A stretch of 44,593 bases of DNA from NCBI GenBank assembly GCA_030587475.2, contig JAUQYZ020000164.1, positions 1 to 44,593 on the forward strand, in the 5' to 3' direction. The translations under genes were made by a program, and so were the position numbers. Shown here piece after piece: positions 1 through 9,694 of the stretch. How positions within the stretch are numbered: the first letter of the stretch is position 1; each line of letters starts with the position of its first letter. The DNA is from Candidatus Sigynarchaeum calidifontis (GTDB taxonomy: Archaea > Asgardarchaeota > Lokiarchaeia > Sigyniarchaeales > Sigyniarchaeaceae). The notes under the pieces were generated by a model, which saw nothing but the letters and a program-made list of their open reading frames with translations, ran no database searches and was not told the DNA's origin.

Positions 1-2
1 TC

Positions 3-188
3 GTCGATGCGCTGTTCAAGGCGGCACATGACGTGACGAGTGAGGTCGCCGGCAACGCCATCATTGCCATAGGCAAGGTCGGCGACAAGAGCTGCCTGGA
101 ACGACTGTTCGCGATGCTGGAACAAGAGCCACGATTACCCGCCGTGCTCGAGGCCGCGGTGAACGATGCCATCAAGATGATAAAGTAA
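3..188 (+). CDS. HEAT/PBS-lyase repeat protein, 3' fragment (runs off window start)
   Basis: Frame 3 reads VDALFKAAHDVTSEVAGNAIIAIGKVGDKSCLERLFAML...KMIK* (TAA 186-188); typical HEAT_2 pattern (D...VR..A..ALG.IGD). Confidence 0.7.
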   Translation, partial: VDALFKAAHDVTSEVAGNAIIAIGKVGDKSCLERLFAMLEQEPRLPAVLEAAVNDAIKMIK

Positions 189-458
189 ATGAATACCCTA
201 AAGGTGGATCTCGCCGTGAAATTAAAGAAGGACGAGAAAGAGAAGGAAAAAGAGCCGGAGCCTAAAAAAGAAGAGAAACCAGAAGCAAAAAAGAGCGACT
301 CCGACAAGTTCGACCTGATCACGATCGTTTCCTCCGTCGAGATGGATATACCGGAGAAAGAACCGCCGTATAGCGATATCCTCTATGACTTCATTCCCGA
401 AAGCGAGCAGCGTGTCATTGCCAACAAGGACGACCACGTTTCAAAAAAGGCCACGTGA
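189..458 (+). CDS. Small acidic/Lys-Glu-rich hypothetical protein
   Basis: 89-aa ORF abutting the upstream stop; alternative GTG start near 216 after GGTGGA. Confidence 0.55.
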   Translation: MNTLKVDLAVKLKKDEKEKEKEPEPKKEEKPEAKKSDSDKFDLITIVSSVEMDIPEKEPPYSDILYDFIPESEQRVIANKDDHVSKKAT

Positions 459-586
459 ACCAGCCACGACGGGCTGCATTACCAGCTGTTCTTGGGACTC
501 CGGTCATGGTTTCTTATAAATACTCGAGCCGTGGCAATGTTTAACGCTGTACATCGATTCGATCGATACACCGGAGGATAATAAAC

Positions 587-2164
587 GTGGCAAATCCCGT
601 TTTCGTGTTAGCTTTCGATAATGGCACGAGCGGAACAAAGGTATGCTTGACGAAAATCACCGACAAGATCGAGATCGTGGGCTCCCATCTCGCGGAATAC
701 GGCGTGATCTACCCGGATGGTATCCCGCATGCTTGCGAGCAAGACCCGCGCGAGTGGTGGCGGGCCATTTGCGAGGGCACGAAGCACGTCATCAAGCAAG
801 CCGGGATAACGCCGGATCAAGTGAACGGCATCACTTTTTCGTGCCAAACCCAGTGCTCGCTGTTCGTGGACGAGAAAGGCGTGCCCCTCGATAATGCCTA
901 CATCTGGATCGACGGACGGGCAACCGAGGAATTCGAGAAGGGGATCAAGGGCGGGCTCGTGATCTCGGGGTATAACGTCGGGAAGATCCTCAAGTGGATA
1001 AAATATGCGGGTGGGGGGCCCGCGTCGGCAAAAGACCAGGTCTGGAAGTACAAGTGGTTCCAGAACCACAAGCCCGACCAGTTCAAGAAGCTCTACAAGA
1101 TGCTCGACTGCAAGGATTACCTTGTCTTCAAGTGCACGGGCAACATGCTAACGTCCGTGGACTCGGCAGCCATCGTCTGGCTCCTGGACACGCGCCCCGG
1201 GAAGTTCGTGTGGTCGAAGCAACTCTGCGAAACGGCCAAGGTCGACATCGAACACCTGCCCGACGTGAAGCTATCAACCGACAGCGCGGGCGGGCTCACG
1301 GCCGCCGCGGCCGACGAGATGGGGCTCGTTCCTGGCATACCCGTTTTCCTCGGAGGGGTCGACGCGTCGTGCATTCCCGTGGGATCGGGTGCATTTCATC
1401 TCAACGACACGCATATATACGTCGGCACGAGCGGCTGGATCATCACGGCCGTCAAGAAGCGAATCACGAACATCGCGGATTACGAGGGAAGCGTTCCCAG
1501 TGCTATACCGGGCGTGTACAATTTCGTCGGCATCATGGAAACGGCGGGCGCGTGCCTCGCGTGGGCGAAGGATCACCTCGCCGACCTGGAGGTGGAGCAT
1601 GCAAAGCAGCAAGGCATCTCCGTGTTCAAATTGCTCGACGCGATGGTCAGCCAGACGCCCCCCGGGGCGAATGAGGTGATCTTCACGCCGTGGCTCTATG
1701 GCAACAGGTGTCCGAGGGAAGACACGCACGTGCGCGGTTCGTTCTTCAACATCAACCTGAAAACAAGACGCCGGGAAATGTTCCGGGCCATACTCGAGGG
1801 CGTGTCCCTCCACACCAAGTGGATGATGGACAAGTTCGAGAAAAAAAACGTGCCGGTAACCGAACCCATAAGGTATGTCGGAGGCGGTGCCAAGTCCGAC
1901 GTGTGGTGCCAGATCATGGCCGACGTGCTTGGCAAGCAGATCCAGCCCGTCAAGTTCGCCCAGGACGGCGGGGCGGTCGGCGCGACGCTCATCGCCGGGG
2001 TCGGGCTCGGCGCGACATCGTGGAACGATGCCAAGGCTCTCGTGCCGGTCGGGGAGATATACAAGCCGAACCCCGCGAACCGAGCTATTTACGACAAGCT
2101 CTACGATGCCCTCGTCCAGTTTCACGCGAACAACCAAAAACTCTACCATTTCTTGAACCCGTGA
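587..2164 (+). CDS. FGGY-family carbohydrate kinase (xylulokinase-like)
   Basis: AFDNGTSGTK phosphate-1 motif, EQDPREWW, IWIDGRA, YVGTSGW, FTPWLYGNRCP, VGGGAKSDVWCQIMADVLG; GGAGGA RBS before GTG. Confidence 0.92.
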   Translation: MANPVFVLAFDNGTSGTKVCLTKITDKIEIVGSHLAEYGVIYPDGIPHACEQDPREWWRAICEGTKHVIKQAGITPDQVNGITFSCQTQCSLFVDEKGVPLDNAYIWIDGRATEEFEKGIKGGLVISGYNVGKILKWIKYAGGGPASAKDQVWKYKWFQNHKPDQFKKLYKMLDCKDYLVFKCTGNMLTSVDSAAIVWLLDTRPGKFVWSKQLCETAKVDIEHLPDVKLSTDSAGGLTAAAADEMGLVPGIPVFLGGVDASCIPVGSGAFHLNDTHIYVGTSGWIITAVKKRITNIADYEGSVPSAIPGVYNFVGIMETAGACLAWAKDHLADLEVEHAKQQGISVFKLLDAMVSQTPPGANEVIFTPWLYGNRCPREDTHVRGSFFNINLKTRRREMFRAILEGVSLHTKWMMDKFEKKNVPVTEPIRYVGGGAKSDVWCQIMADVLGKQIQPVKFAQDGGAVGATLIAGVGLGATSWNDAKALVPVGEIYKPNPANRAIYDKLYDALVQFHANNQKLYHFLNP

Positions 2165-2285
2165 ACGAGGGCCTGCTTACTCTTATCAATTGCCACTTTT
2201 TTTGAAATAGAAGGAGGAGTATAACAAAAGCGGAAAGAGGCTGGGAGATGATAGTGAAGGAAATTCCCATGCTGCCGCGTGACCG

Positions 2286-2963
2286 TCACGTATCACGACG
2301 TAATTTGCCCGAAACACCCTTCTCGGTTGCCTCGTAGCCCCATATGACACGCCTGACGAGACCGAGTTCCACGAGTGCCGCCACCTTGGCTTCGATGCAC
2401 TCGCGAGGGATCCCGGTCATCACGTGCAATGAATCGACGTCACCTGGGAATGCACGTATCGCTTTCAAAAGTCTCGCCTCTTCATAACCCAGCACAGCGT
2501 CAAGGTCAACCGGATCTTGATCGGTGGCTACCGAGCCACGGTCATCGTCGCGACGCAGCGACACGATGCCAGCGGCGGCGATGGCTGCATCGATTTCGTC
2601 CATCGTGAATGGCTTGGCGATGTACCCGTCCACCCCGCTCTGCTCGGCGAGCCGTGCCAGATCCTCTCTCGGCATGGCCGAAAGATAGTAGACTTTCGTA
2701 CCCCCAAGGGCCAGTTCGTTCTTGATGGCATTGTACAGGTCGGATCCACTAAGCGTCGGCATGATCACGTCCAGCAATATCAAGCGCGGCTGGTCACGCG
2801 CGAGCACGTCGATGAGATCCTTCCCGCTCGTCATACCCTTTACGTGGATACCCCTCGTCGCGAGGCACGAGATCAAGAGGTAGACGATGTCCTCGTCATC
2901 GTCGATCACGAGGACATCGCACGCTGAGTCGCAGATGCTATCCTTGGTAACGATCATACCCAC
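2286..2963 (-). CDS. Response regulator: receiver domain plus C-terminal winged helix
   Basis: VLVIDDD, ILLDVIMP (phospho-Asp), LSA, YIAKPF; C-terminal HTH-like LHVMTGIPRECIEAKVAALVELGLV..YEATEKG. Confidence 0.85.
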   Translation of the reverse strand: MGMIVTKDSICDSACDVLVIDDDEDIVYLLISCLATRGIHVKGMTSGKDLIDVLARDQPRLILLDVIMPTLSGSDLYNAIKNELALGGTKVYYLSAMPREDLARLAEQSGVDGYIAKPFTMDEIDAAIAAAGIVSLRRDDDRGSVATDQDPVDLDAVLGYEEARLLKAIRAFPGDVDSLHVMTGIPRECIEAKVAALVELGLVRRVIWGYEATEKGVSGKLRRDT

Positions 2964-3118
2964 TATGCCCGCTAAACATCATGATAACTCGGTATATAAT
3001 CGTATCCGAAGCAGTACAGAAGTGGTAAAAAAAACATACAATACTTCGTTGACGTTTAGATCCTCGAATTAATTTGCATAAAACCTTGGAGAAAAAAATC
3101 TAAAAGAGAAATGATATT

Positions 3119-5657
3119 TTACGCAGAAATAGCTGCTTGTCGGTTGTAAATCGTGGGGTGTGTCTTGCGCCAGTAAATCTTGATGAACTCCTCGCTCCAG
3201 ATGCGTGGTGACGCGATGATGACCACCATTAACCAATCCAAGCCATCGAGAGGCGTGATGCGAAACACGTTGTTAGCGGGCTCGAAATATATGACGAATA
3301 GATTGCATGCCAGCGAGATGCTCACGGCCAACAGCAAGAACCAGTTATCCGATATCTTCTTCTTGAAGATGGATATCGATTCACTGCGACAATTATACGC
3401 GTTCATCAGCTCGGCGACGACGAGCGAGGTAAAGGCAAGCGTGCGTGGATATTCGAGCAAAGGCCCTTTCTTGTCATCAATGGCACGGCTAAGCGCGCCT
3501 CGGATGGCATATTCAATTTCGCTGGTGCTCACGATCCCCTTTGAATTCAAGAATGCCGTCATCTCGGTTGTTAACCTGCCAGTGAGATGGTCTGATTCAT
3601 AAAAGGCTTCGTAACAATTGGACGTGGTAGGCAATACATAATCGAACGGATTCGATGACGGCCCCACGAGCCTGAACGTCACCGGATGCACATGTTCTAA
3701 TCCATAATAAAACGTGACGAGACACGCGACCCCGATGACGATGCCCGACGATACGTAGCTCAACCAGTTCCGCTTGGTGATGATCGGCTCGTCGACTGGC
3801 CGTGGTGGTTTTAGCATGACGTCCGCATCGGCCTTCTCGAAACCCATCGCGAGTGCAGGCACTCCATCCGTGAGCAAGTTGACCCACAAGAGGTGGATTG
3901 CTTGAAGCGGGGCTGGCAATCCAAAAAGAGCGGCGAGAAAAACGACCAAAATTTCACCAAGATTGCAAGAGATAAGAAAATTAATGAATCGTTTCATGTT
4001 GTCATAAATGCCACGACCTTCCTCGACCGCCGCGACGATCGAAGCAAAATTATCATCGGCAAGGATGATGTCGGCCGCTCCTTTTGCCACGTCTGTACCA
4101 GTAATCCCCATCGCCACGCCAGCATTTGCTTTCTTCAGCGCGGGTGCGTCATTCACGCCATCGCCGGTCATTGACACGATGTTGTTCGCGTCTTGTAGCG
4201 CTTTCACGATGCGCATCTTGTGCTCTGGAGCGACGCGAGCGAAGACATTGCATTCCGTGAGATCCTTGTCCGAGAGCTTGTCGATCTCCATGCCGTGAAT
4301 GATACGATGCGTGCCGGTATTTTGTGCACCGGAATTATTTTCCAGGATGCCAAGTTCCAGCGCGATAGCCTTGGCCGTCGCTGCATGGTCTCCCGGAATC
4401 ATGACGACCTTGATGCCCGCGTTTTTACACTTGGCCACGGCGACCTTCGCCTCGGGACGGGGGGATCGATCATGCCCACGAGGCCGATAAGGATGAGATC
4501 CTTTTCGATCAGGTCATGCTCGGTGCTCATCTCCGATTTGTTCCAAAGCTTGTACGCGCACGCGAGCACCCGTAGCACATTGCTTGACATCTCTTCTTGT
4601 GCCTTCGTGAAGTCTTCGATATCAGCTTGGGTAAGCTTGCGCACCTCGCCGTTCACGAGCACGTAAGAAAGGTTCGGAAGCATTGGCTCGAGACCACCTT
4701 TCATGGAGATCATGTACGACCCGCTCTTGATGTCCATGTCGACCGTCGACATTTTTTTGCGCTCTGATGAGAAGAACACTTCTACCTCGCGCTTGTACTG
4801 CTTTGAGAGGCTCTCGCTGGTCATCTTCAACTTCCCACCGAGTGTCAAGAAAGCTGCCTCCGTGGGATCGCCGATGATGTTCCATTTCTTGGTCTCCCCG
4901 TCGAACCGCAAAGAAGCGTTGTTACAAAGCATTCCTACCTTTGCGAGCAAGATGAGGCCGTTCACGTTACTCGGGTCGATGTTCTTTCCATATTGCTTGA
5001 AATCCCCGGTTGGGTCATATCCACTCCCACCCACTTCTATGAACTTCTTGTCCACGTACACGCGTCTAATGGTCATCTCGTTCTTGGTGAGCGTGCCGGT
5101 TTTATCCGAGCAAATAACCGTGGTGCAACCGAGGGTCTCTACGGACGGTAATTTTCGAACGATCGCGTTCCTCTTGGCCATGCGTTGAACTCCAAGCGCC
5201 AAGTGTGTCGTGACGATCGCGGGAAGACCTTCGGGGATGGCCGCGACGGCGAGCGCAACCGCGACGAGAACAGCACTCAAGATGGGTTGGACTACATCAG
5301 TGAAGCCTAACCGGTCATAGTTAAGGAAGTTCTGCACGAGGTACATGACGAAGGATATGGCATACACTATCAAGATCAAGTATCCAAGTTTCTTGCCGAA
5401 AGCATCGATTTTTTTCGCAAGAGGCGTCTCTTCGTCCTCTGTTTCAGAGATGGAGGTTGCAATCTTGCCTATTTCCGTGTTCATACCGATGGCGGTCACC
5501 ACGGCACGGCCTCGACCGTATGTGACGATCGTAGACGAGAAGACAAGGTTGACCCTGTCGCCTACGCTACTTTCCTTGTCAAGAACCTTCGTCTCCTTTT
5601 TAATATTTCAAGAACCTCTTCTACGGGCTTAAGATAAAAAGGGGTCTTTTGAATCAT
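3119..5657 (-). pseudogene. Degraded paralogue of P2A (Ca2+) P-type ATPase
   Basis: ATG at 5657 (MIQKTPFYLKPVEEVL, matching IQKEKWYLKSIEETL of the intact copy) joins directly to KKETK..GDRVN, so about 160 codons incl. TM1-2 and TGES are deleted; -1 frameshift in a G6 run at 4459-4464 (DPP/R); hinge TGD changed to PGD; DKTGT and GDGVND retained. Confidence 0.85.
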
Positions 5658-5874
5658 GATATCATTCGAGATCATTCGGATCACGTGGTCTCTTTTTTGA
5701 ATCCTCCAATATAGCACCAATGTTGTTAGTTAATAAGCATACAATTTTGATCAAGGCATAGCCGCGAATGACCCGGATATTTCTGGATGCAAGAAATGGT
5801 TTTTCATCTTGGTAGACGAAATTACAAATGTTGTCTAACAAGCATTGGATATATTGCAAGGAATAACAGTCCTA

Positions 5875-5904
5875 TTATAACCGGTGCATCAAAAACTGAT
5901 GCTC
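5875..5904 (-). promoter_or_regulatory. TATA box plus palindromic operator GTGCATC-N7-GATGCTC (paralogue copy)
   Basis: TTATAA 5875-5880, 3 nt from a near-perfect 7-7-7 palindrome; same layout at 9212-9241. Confidence 0.6.
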
Positions 5905-6007
5905 GATGATACTCTATGGGAAAATGTAGTAAATTGGCTTGTTATGCCATCAAGCTATTTCCGGACAGGATTCGGTAATGACAAGTCTATCTATATCATG
6001 GAGCTAT

Positions 6008-6035
6008 CCTAGTGTTGTTTCCCTAGTGTTGTTTC
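6008..6035. repeat. Perfect 14-bp tandem duplication CCTAGTGTTGTTTC x2
   Basis: Seen directly, between the intact ATPase 3' end and the duplicated upstream block. Confidence 0.85.
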
Positions 6036-6128
6036 ATCACCAACCTCCGCACGTAAGACAAAAACTATCAATAAAAAAGACCGTGGTTAAAAAAAATTAA
6101 AAAGAGGATGTTAAACGAGACAAGCTCA

Positions 6129-9074
6129 TCATTCAATCGTTCTCTCGACGTAATGGATAGTATGGGTCTTTTTCCAGTAAATCTTGACGATCTCCTCGCC
6201 GGCGATGATGATGAGGTTAAGCAAGACGATCATCAGCCAATTGTCCCAATAAATCTCGGTCAGACGGAAGATGCTCGCCGCCGGCGGCATGTATATCACA
6301 GCTATGTTGATTCCAATCGACAAGAAAATCGCACCGAGTAGGTACCAATTGTCCTGCCATTTCTTCTGGAACACGGACTTCGTCTCTGATCGGCAGTTGA
6401 TTGCCATGTACATCTCGCCGATGATCATACACGTGAACACGAGCGTGCGCGGGAACTCGATGACCAACTCCTTGAGCAACGCTTCGGCTGCAATTAAATC
6501 ACCAGGTGCGATGCCGGCCGAGGTGAGTAAACCTTGTATGGTGGCCTCGTCCATCCTGGAGAGCAGCCTCCAACTCACGTCGTGGATCGTCACGTTGTTG
6601 AAAGCGGTCAAGTGCACGTCGTGAACTATCTCGAGGCCGAGGAGATAGGTGAAGACGCATGCGAACGTGATCGTGCCCGTGGAGATGATGTAGCTGATGG
6701 CGTTGCGCTTTGTAATTACAGGTTCGGTTGGTGGTCGTGGCGGCCGGATCATGATGTCGTCATCGGCCTTTTCGAAGCCCATCGCGAGCGCGGGAAGTCC
6801 ATCCGTGAGCAGATTAACCCAGAGCAGGTGGATTGCTTCGAGCGGGACCGGCAGCATGAACAATGCACACACGAACATGATGCCGATCTCTGCAAAGTTA
6901 CAGCCGAGCAAGAAGTTGATGAACCGCTTCATGTTGGCGTAGATGGCACGGCCCTCCTCGACTGCCGCCACGATGGATGCAAAATTATCGTCGGCGAGCA
7001 CGATGTTCGCGGCACCCTTGGCGACGTCGGTACCCGTGATGCCCATCGCGACGCCAGCATCCGCTTTTTTCAAGGCAGGGGCATCGTTGACACCATCGCC
7101 GGTCATGGAAACGATGTTCCCATCTTGCTGCAGCGCCTTGACGATGCGCATCTTGTGCTCCGGGGAGACACGCGCGAACACGTTGACCTCGCAGATCTCC
7201 TTGTCGGAGACCTTGTCGATCTCGCTACCTTGGATGATGTGGCGATGACCATCGTTTATATTGGATGGAAGCATGCCCAACTCTTGTGCAATGGCACCGG
7301 CGGTGATTGCGTGGTCGCCGGTGATCATGACGGCTTTGATCCCTGCATTCTTGCACACTCTAACGGCATCCTTTACCTCGGCACGTGGCGGGTCGATCAT
7401 GCCTACGAGACCGACGAGGATCAAGTCCTTTTCCACCTTTTCGGGATCGAGATCGACCTCCTCCTTTTTCCATTCCTTGTACGCGCAACCGAGCACGCGC
7501 AGCGCTTGGGCGGACATTGCGTCTTGAGCCTTGGTAAACTTGTCGATGTCTGCCTGGGTGATCTTGCGAATCTTGCCATTTTCAATGATGAAGGAGATGT
7601 TCGGAAGCATTGGATCGAAACCCCCCTTCATGCAGACTATATATTTATCGTTTTCACGATCCAGATCGACGGTACTCATTTTCTTGCGTTCTGACGAGAA
7701 AAATACCTCGGAAACTCGACGATGGGTTTTCCCGAGCGATTCACGTGTCATGCCAAGCTTCCCGCCGAGGGTGAGAAATGCAGCCTCGGTCGGATCGCCC
7801 GTGATGACCCATCGAGCCTTGTCGTCCTTTCGAAGCGTGGCATTGTTGCAGAGAATCCCGATGCGCGCGAGCAAGCCGAGGCTCCCGTCCGTCTTGGCTT
7901 CGATCTTGTTGCCGCCTTTGGAGAACTCGCCGTAAGGTTCATAGCCAGTACCCGACACGTCGATGGTTTCGCCATCGACAAATACCTTTCGGATCGTCAT
8001 CTCGTTTTTCGTGAGCGTGCCGGTCTTATCAGAACAGATGACAGTGGTGCAACCCAATGTCTCCACGGCGGGCAATTTCCGGACGATCGCGTTTCGCTTC
8101 GCCATGCGTTTAACACCAAGTGCCAACGCTGTCGTGGTGATTGCAGGCAAGCCTTCAGGGATGGCGGCAACTGCCAATGCAACTGCGGCCATAATCGATT
8201 GTATCACGATATCAAACGGGTTATTCCATCTTGATTCTATTCCCTTCTGGTATAACACCAAGACGAAAGTTATACCACAGATGATCAGGATAAGTTTTCC
8301 AAGGATCTTGCCGAATTTATCGATCTTTTTAGTGAGAGGCGTTTTCTCTTGTTCCGTTTCGCTGAGGGCAGTCGCGATCTTCCCGACTTCCGTGTTCATT
8401 CCAGTCGCCACGACAACGCCCTTACCTCTTCCGTAGGTGATCACCGTGGACGAGAAGGCCATGTTGACCCGATCACCGACAGTGCATTCCTTGTCTAGGG
8501 TCTTGGTTTCTTTCTTGACCGGCATCGATTCCCCTGTGAGACTGGCCTCGTCAGCTTTGAGTTCGTTTGATTCGATAATACGGAGGTCGGCCGGGACTTG
8601 ATCACCCGTTTCCAAAGCGACCACGTCACCAGGAACGAGATCGCTCGCGAAAATCTCGATCAGGTCTTGACCACGAACGACGCGCGCCTTCTGGGCGCTC
8701 ATCTTCTTCAATGCTTCTAGCGCAGCTTCTGCCTGACGGTCTTGCAAGAACCCGATGGTGGCGTTCAACAACAAGATCGCAGCAATAACGATGGCATCAA
8801 CCGGCGGCTCCGCAAGGATGATGGATTCAATGGAAGCGAAAATCGCCGCGCCGATGAGGATCCAGACCAAGAAATCGTTGAACTCGGCTAAAAACTTCTT
8901 CCAAGCGGGCTCGGGTTCGGGTTCCTTGAGCTTGTTTTCCCCGTGCACCTCGCGCCGCTTTTTGCTTTCCTCCTCGGTGATGCCCTCGATGGAGGTTTTC
9001 AGCAGGCTCAGCGTCTCCTCGATAGATTTCAGGTACCATTTTTCCTTCTGGATAGATTGTTCGTAAACAGACAT
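6129..9074 (-). CDS. P-type IIA cation (Ca2+)-transporting ATPase, SERCA/PMR1-like
   Basis: Cation_ATPase_N (HGENKL), VPADLR, LTGES, AAIPEGL, CSDKTGTLT, MITGDH, MTGDGVNDAPALKKA, LWVNLLTDGLPALA. Confidence 0.96.
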   Translation of the reverse strand: MSVYEQSIQKEKWYLKSIEETLSLLKTSIEGITEEESKKRREVHGENKLKEPEPEPAWKKFLAEFNDFLVWILIGAAIFASIESIILAEPPVDAIVIAAILLLNATIGFLQDRQAEAALEALKKMSAQKARVVRGQDLIEIFASDLVPGDVVALETGDQVPADLRIIESNELKADEASLTGESMPVKKETKTLDKECTVGDRVNMAFSSTVITYGRGKGVVVATGMNTEVGKIATALSETEQEKTPLTKKIDKFGKILGKLILIICGITFVLVLYQKGIESRWNNPFDIVIQSIMAAVALAVAAIPEGLPAITTTALALGVKRMAKRNAIVRKLPAVETLGCTTVICSDKTGTLTKNEMTIRKVFVDGETIDVSGTGYEPYGEFSKGGNKIEAKTDGSLGLLARIGILCNNATLRKDDKARWVITGDPTEAAFLTLGGKLGMTRESLGKTHRRVSEVFFSSERKKMSTVDLDRENDKYIVCMKGGFDPMLPNISFIIENGKIRKITQADIDKFTKAQDAMSAQALRVLGCAYKEWKKEEVDLDPEKVEKDLILVGLVGMIDPPRAEVKDAVRVCKNAGIKAVMITGDHAITAGAIAQELGMLPSNINDGHRHIIQGSEIDKVSDKEICEVNVFARVSPEHKMRIVKALQQDGNIVSMTGDGVNDAPALKKADAGVAMGITGTDVAKGAANIVLADDNFASIVAAVEEGRAIYANMKRFINFLLGCNFAEIGIMFVCALFMLPVPLEAIHLLWVNLLTDGLPALAMGFEKADDDIMIRPPRPPTEPVITKRNAISYIISTGTITFACVFTYLLGLEIVHDVHLTAFNNVTIHDVSWRLLSRMDEATIQGLLTSAGIAPGDLIAAEALLKELVIEFPRTLVFTCMIIGEMYMAINCRSETKSVFQKKWQDNWYLLGAIFLSIGINIAVIYMPPAASIFRLTEIYWDNWLMIVLLNLIIIAGEEIVKIYWKKTHTIHYVERTIE

Positions 9075-9211
9075 GTTTCATCAGCTGGATTTGATTACGA
9101 GAAGTGAAGGACGACCTGGATGCAAGAAATGGATCTCCTTCAACTCGACACGCGAATCCACGAATATTATCTAACATGGATTGGGATGTGTTGTAAAGAA
9201 ATGGGTCTCTC

Positions 9212-9241
9212 TTATAATCGGTGCATCAAAAACAGATGCAC
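9212..9241 (-). promoter_or_regulatory. TATA box plus perfect palindromic operator GTGCATC-AAAAACA-GATGCAC upstream of the Ca-ATPase
   Basis: TTATAA 9212-9217; palindrome 9221-9241 covers the BRE position on the minus strand; conserved in the paralogue promoter. Confidence 0.7.
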
Positions 9242-9290
9242 GATGGCACCCATTAGGGAAATGTAGGAGATGTAGTTAATTGTTACACCA

Positions 9291-9587
9291 TCAAGCGGTT
9301 TCCGCGGGCGCCTCGTCGATGGTGATGAACACCACGTTGTCGCCTCGTAATATGATGGAATCGAGCTCGTTCTCTAGTTTCACGACGGCAGCCTTCTCCT
9401 TATCGTAGTGATGCGTGATCTCCACGGATTCCTCTAAAAACAAGTTCAGGTGGTCGTCATAGCTTTTGAGCACTGCCTTGATGGCACGCTTGCCCTTTAA
9501 CTTGATGAGGATCCGCTTGCCAAGGGCCCGGTCTATCTTGGAGATGGGTGATGCTTGTGTCTGTGGCGAGGGACGCGCGTCGGACAT
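9291..9587 (-). CDS. Sm-like archaeal protein (Lsm/SmAP)
   Basis: Sm1 ALGKRILIKLKG..LKSYDDHLNLFLEE and Sm2 IILRGDNVVFI. Confidence 0.93.
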   Translation of the reverse strand: MSDARPSPQTQASPISKIDRALGKRILIKLKGKRAIKAVLKSYDDHLNLFLEESVEITHHYDKEKAAVVKLENELDSIILRGDNVVFITIDEAPAETA

Positions 9588-9694
9588 GGTGGTTCAACTT
9601 CTACGTTGCCGGGTAAAAAAGCACGTTATAATTGGTCATTAGCACGTGGGGAATAAAAACCATCGCGATGGTTTGTCCTCGCATCCAGAACATC

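Noticed and set aside
4459-4464. Programmed frameshift in the second ATPase
   Set aside because: The gene has other inactivating lesions (large deletion, TGD to PGD); decay or homopolymer error is simpler
5662-5859. Conserved leader peptide (LDNI...PFLASR shared with ORF 8827-9177)
   Set aside because: Similarity is explained by the underlying DNA duplication; starts and stops are not conserved
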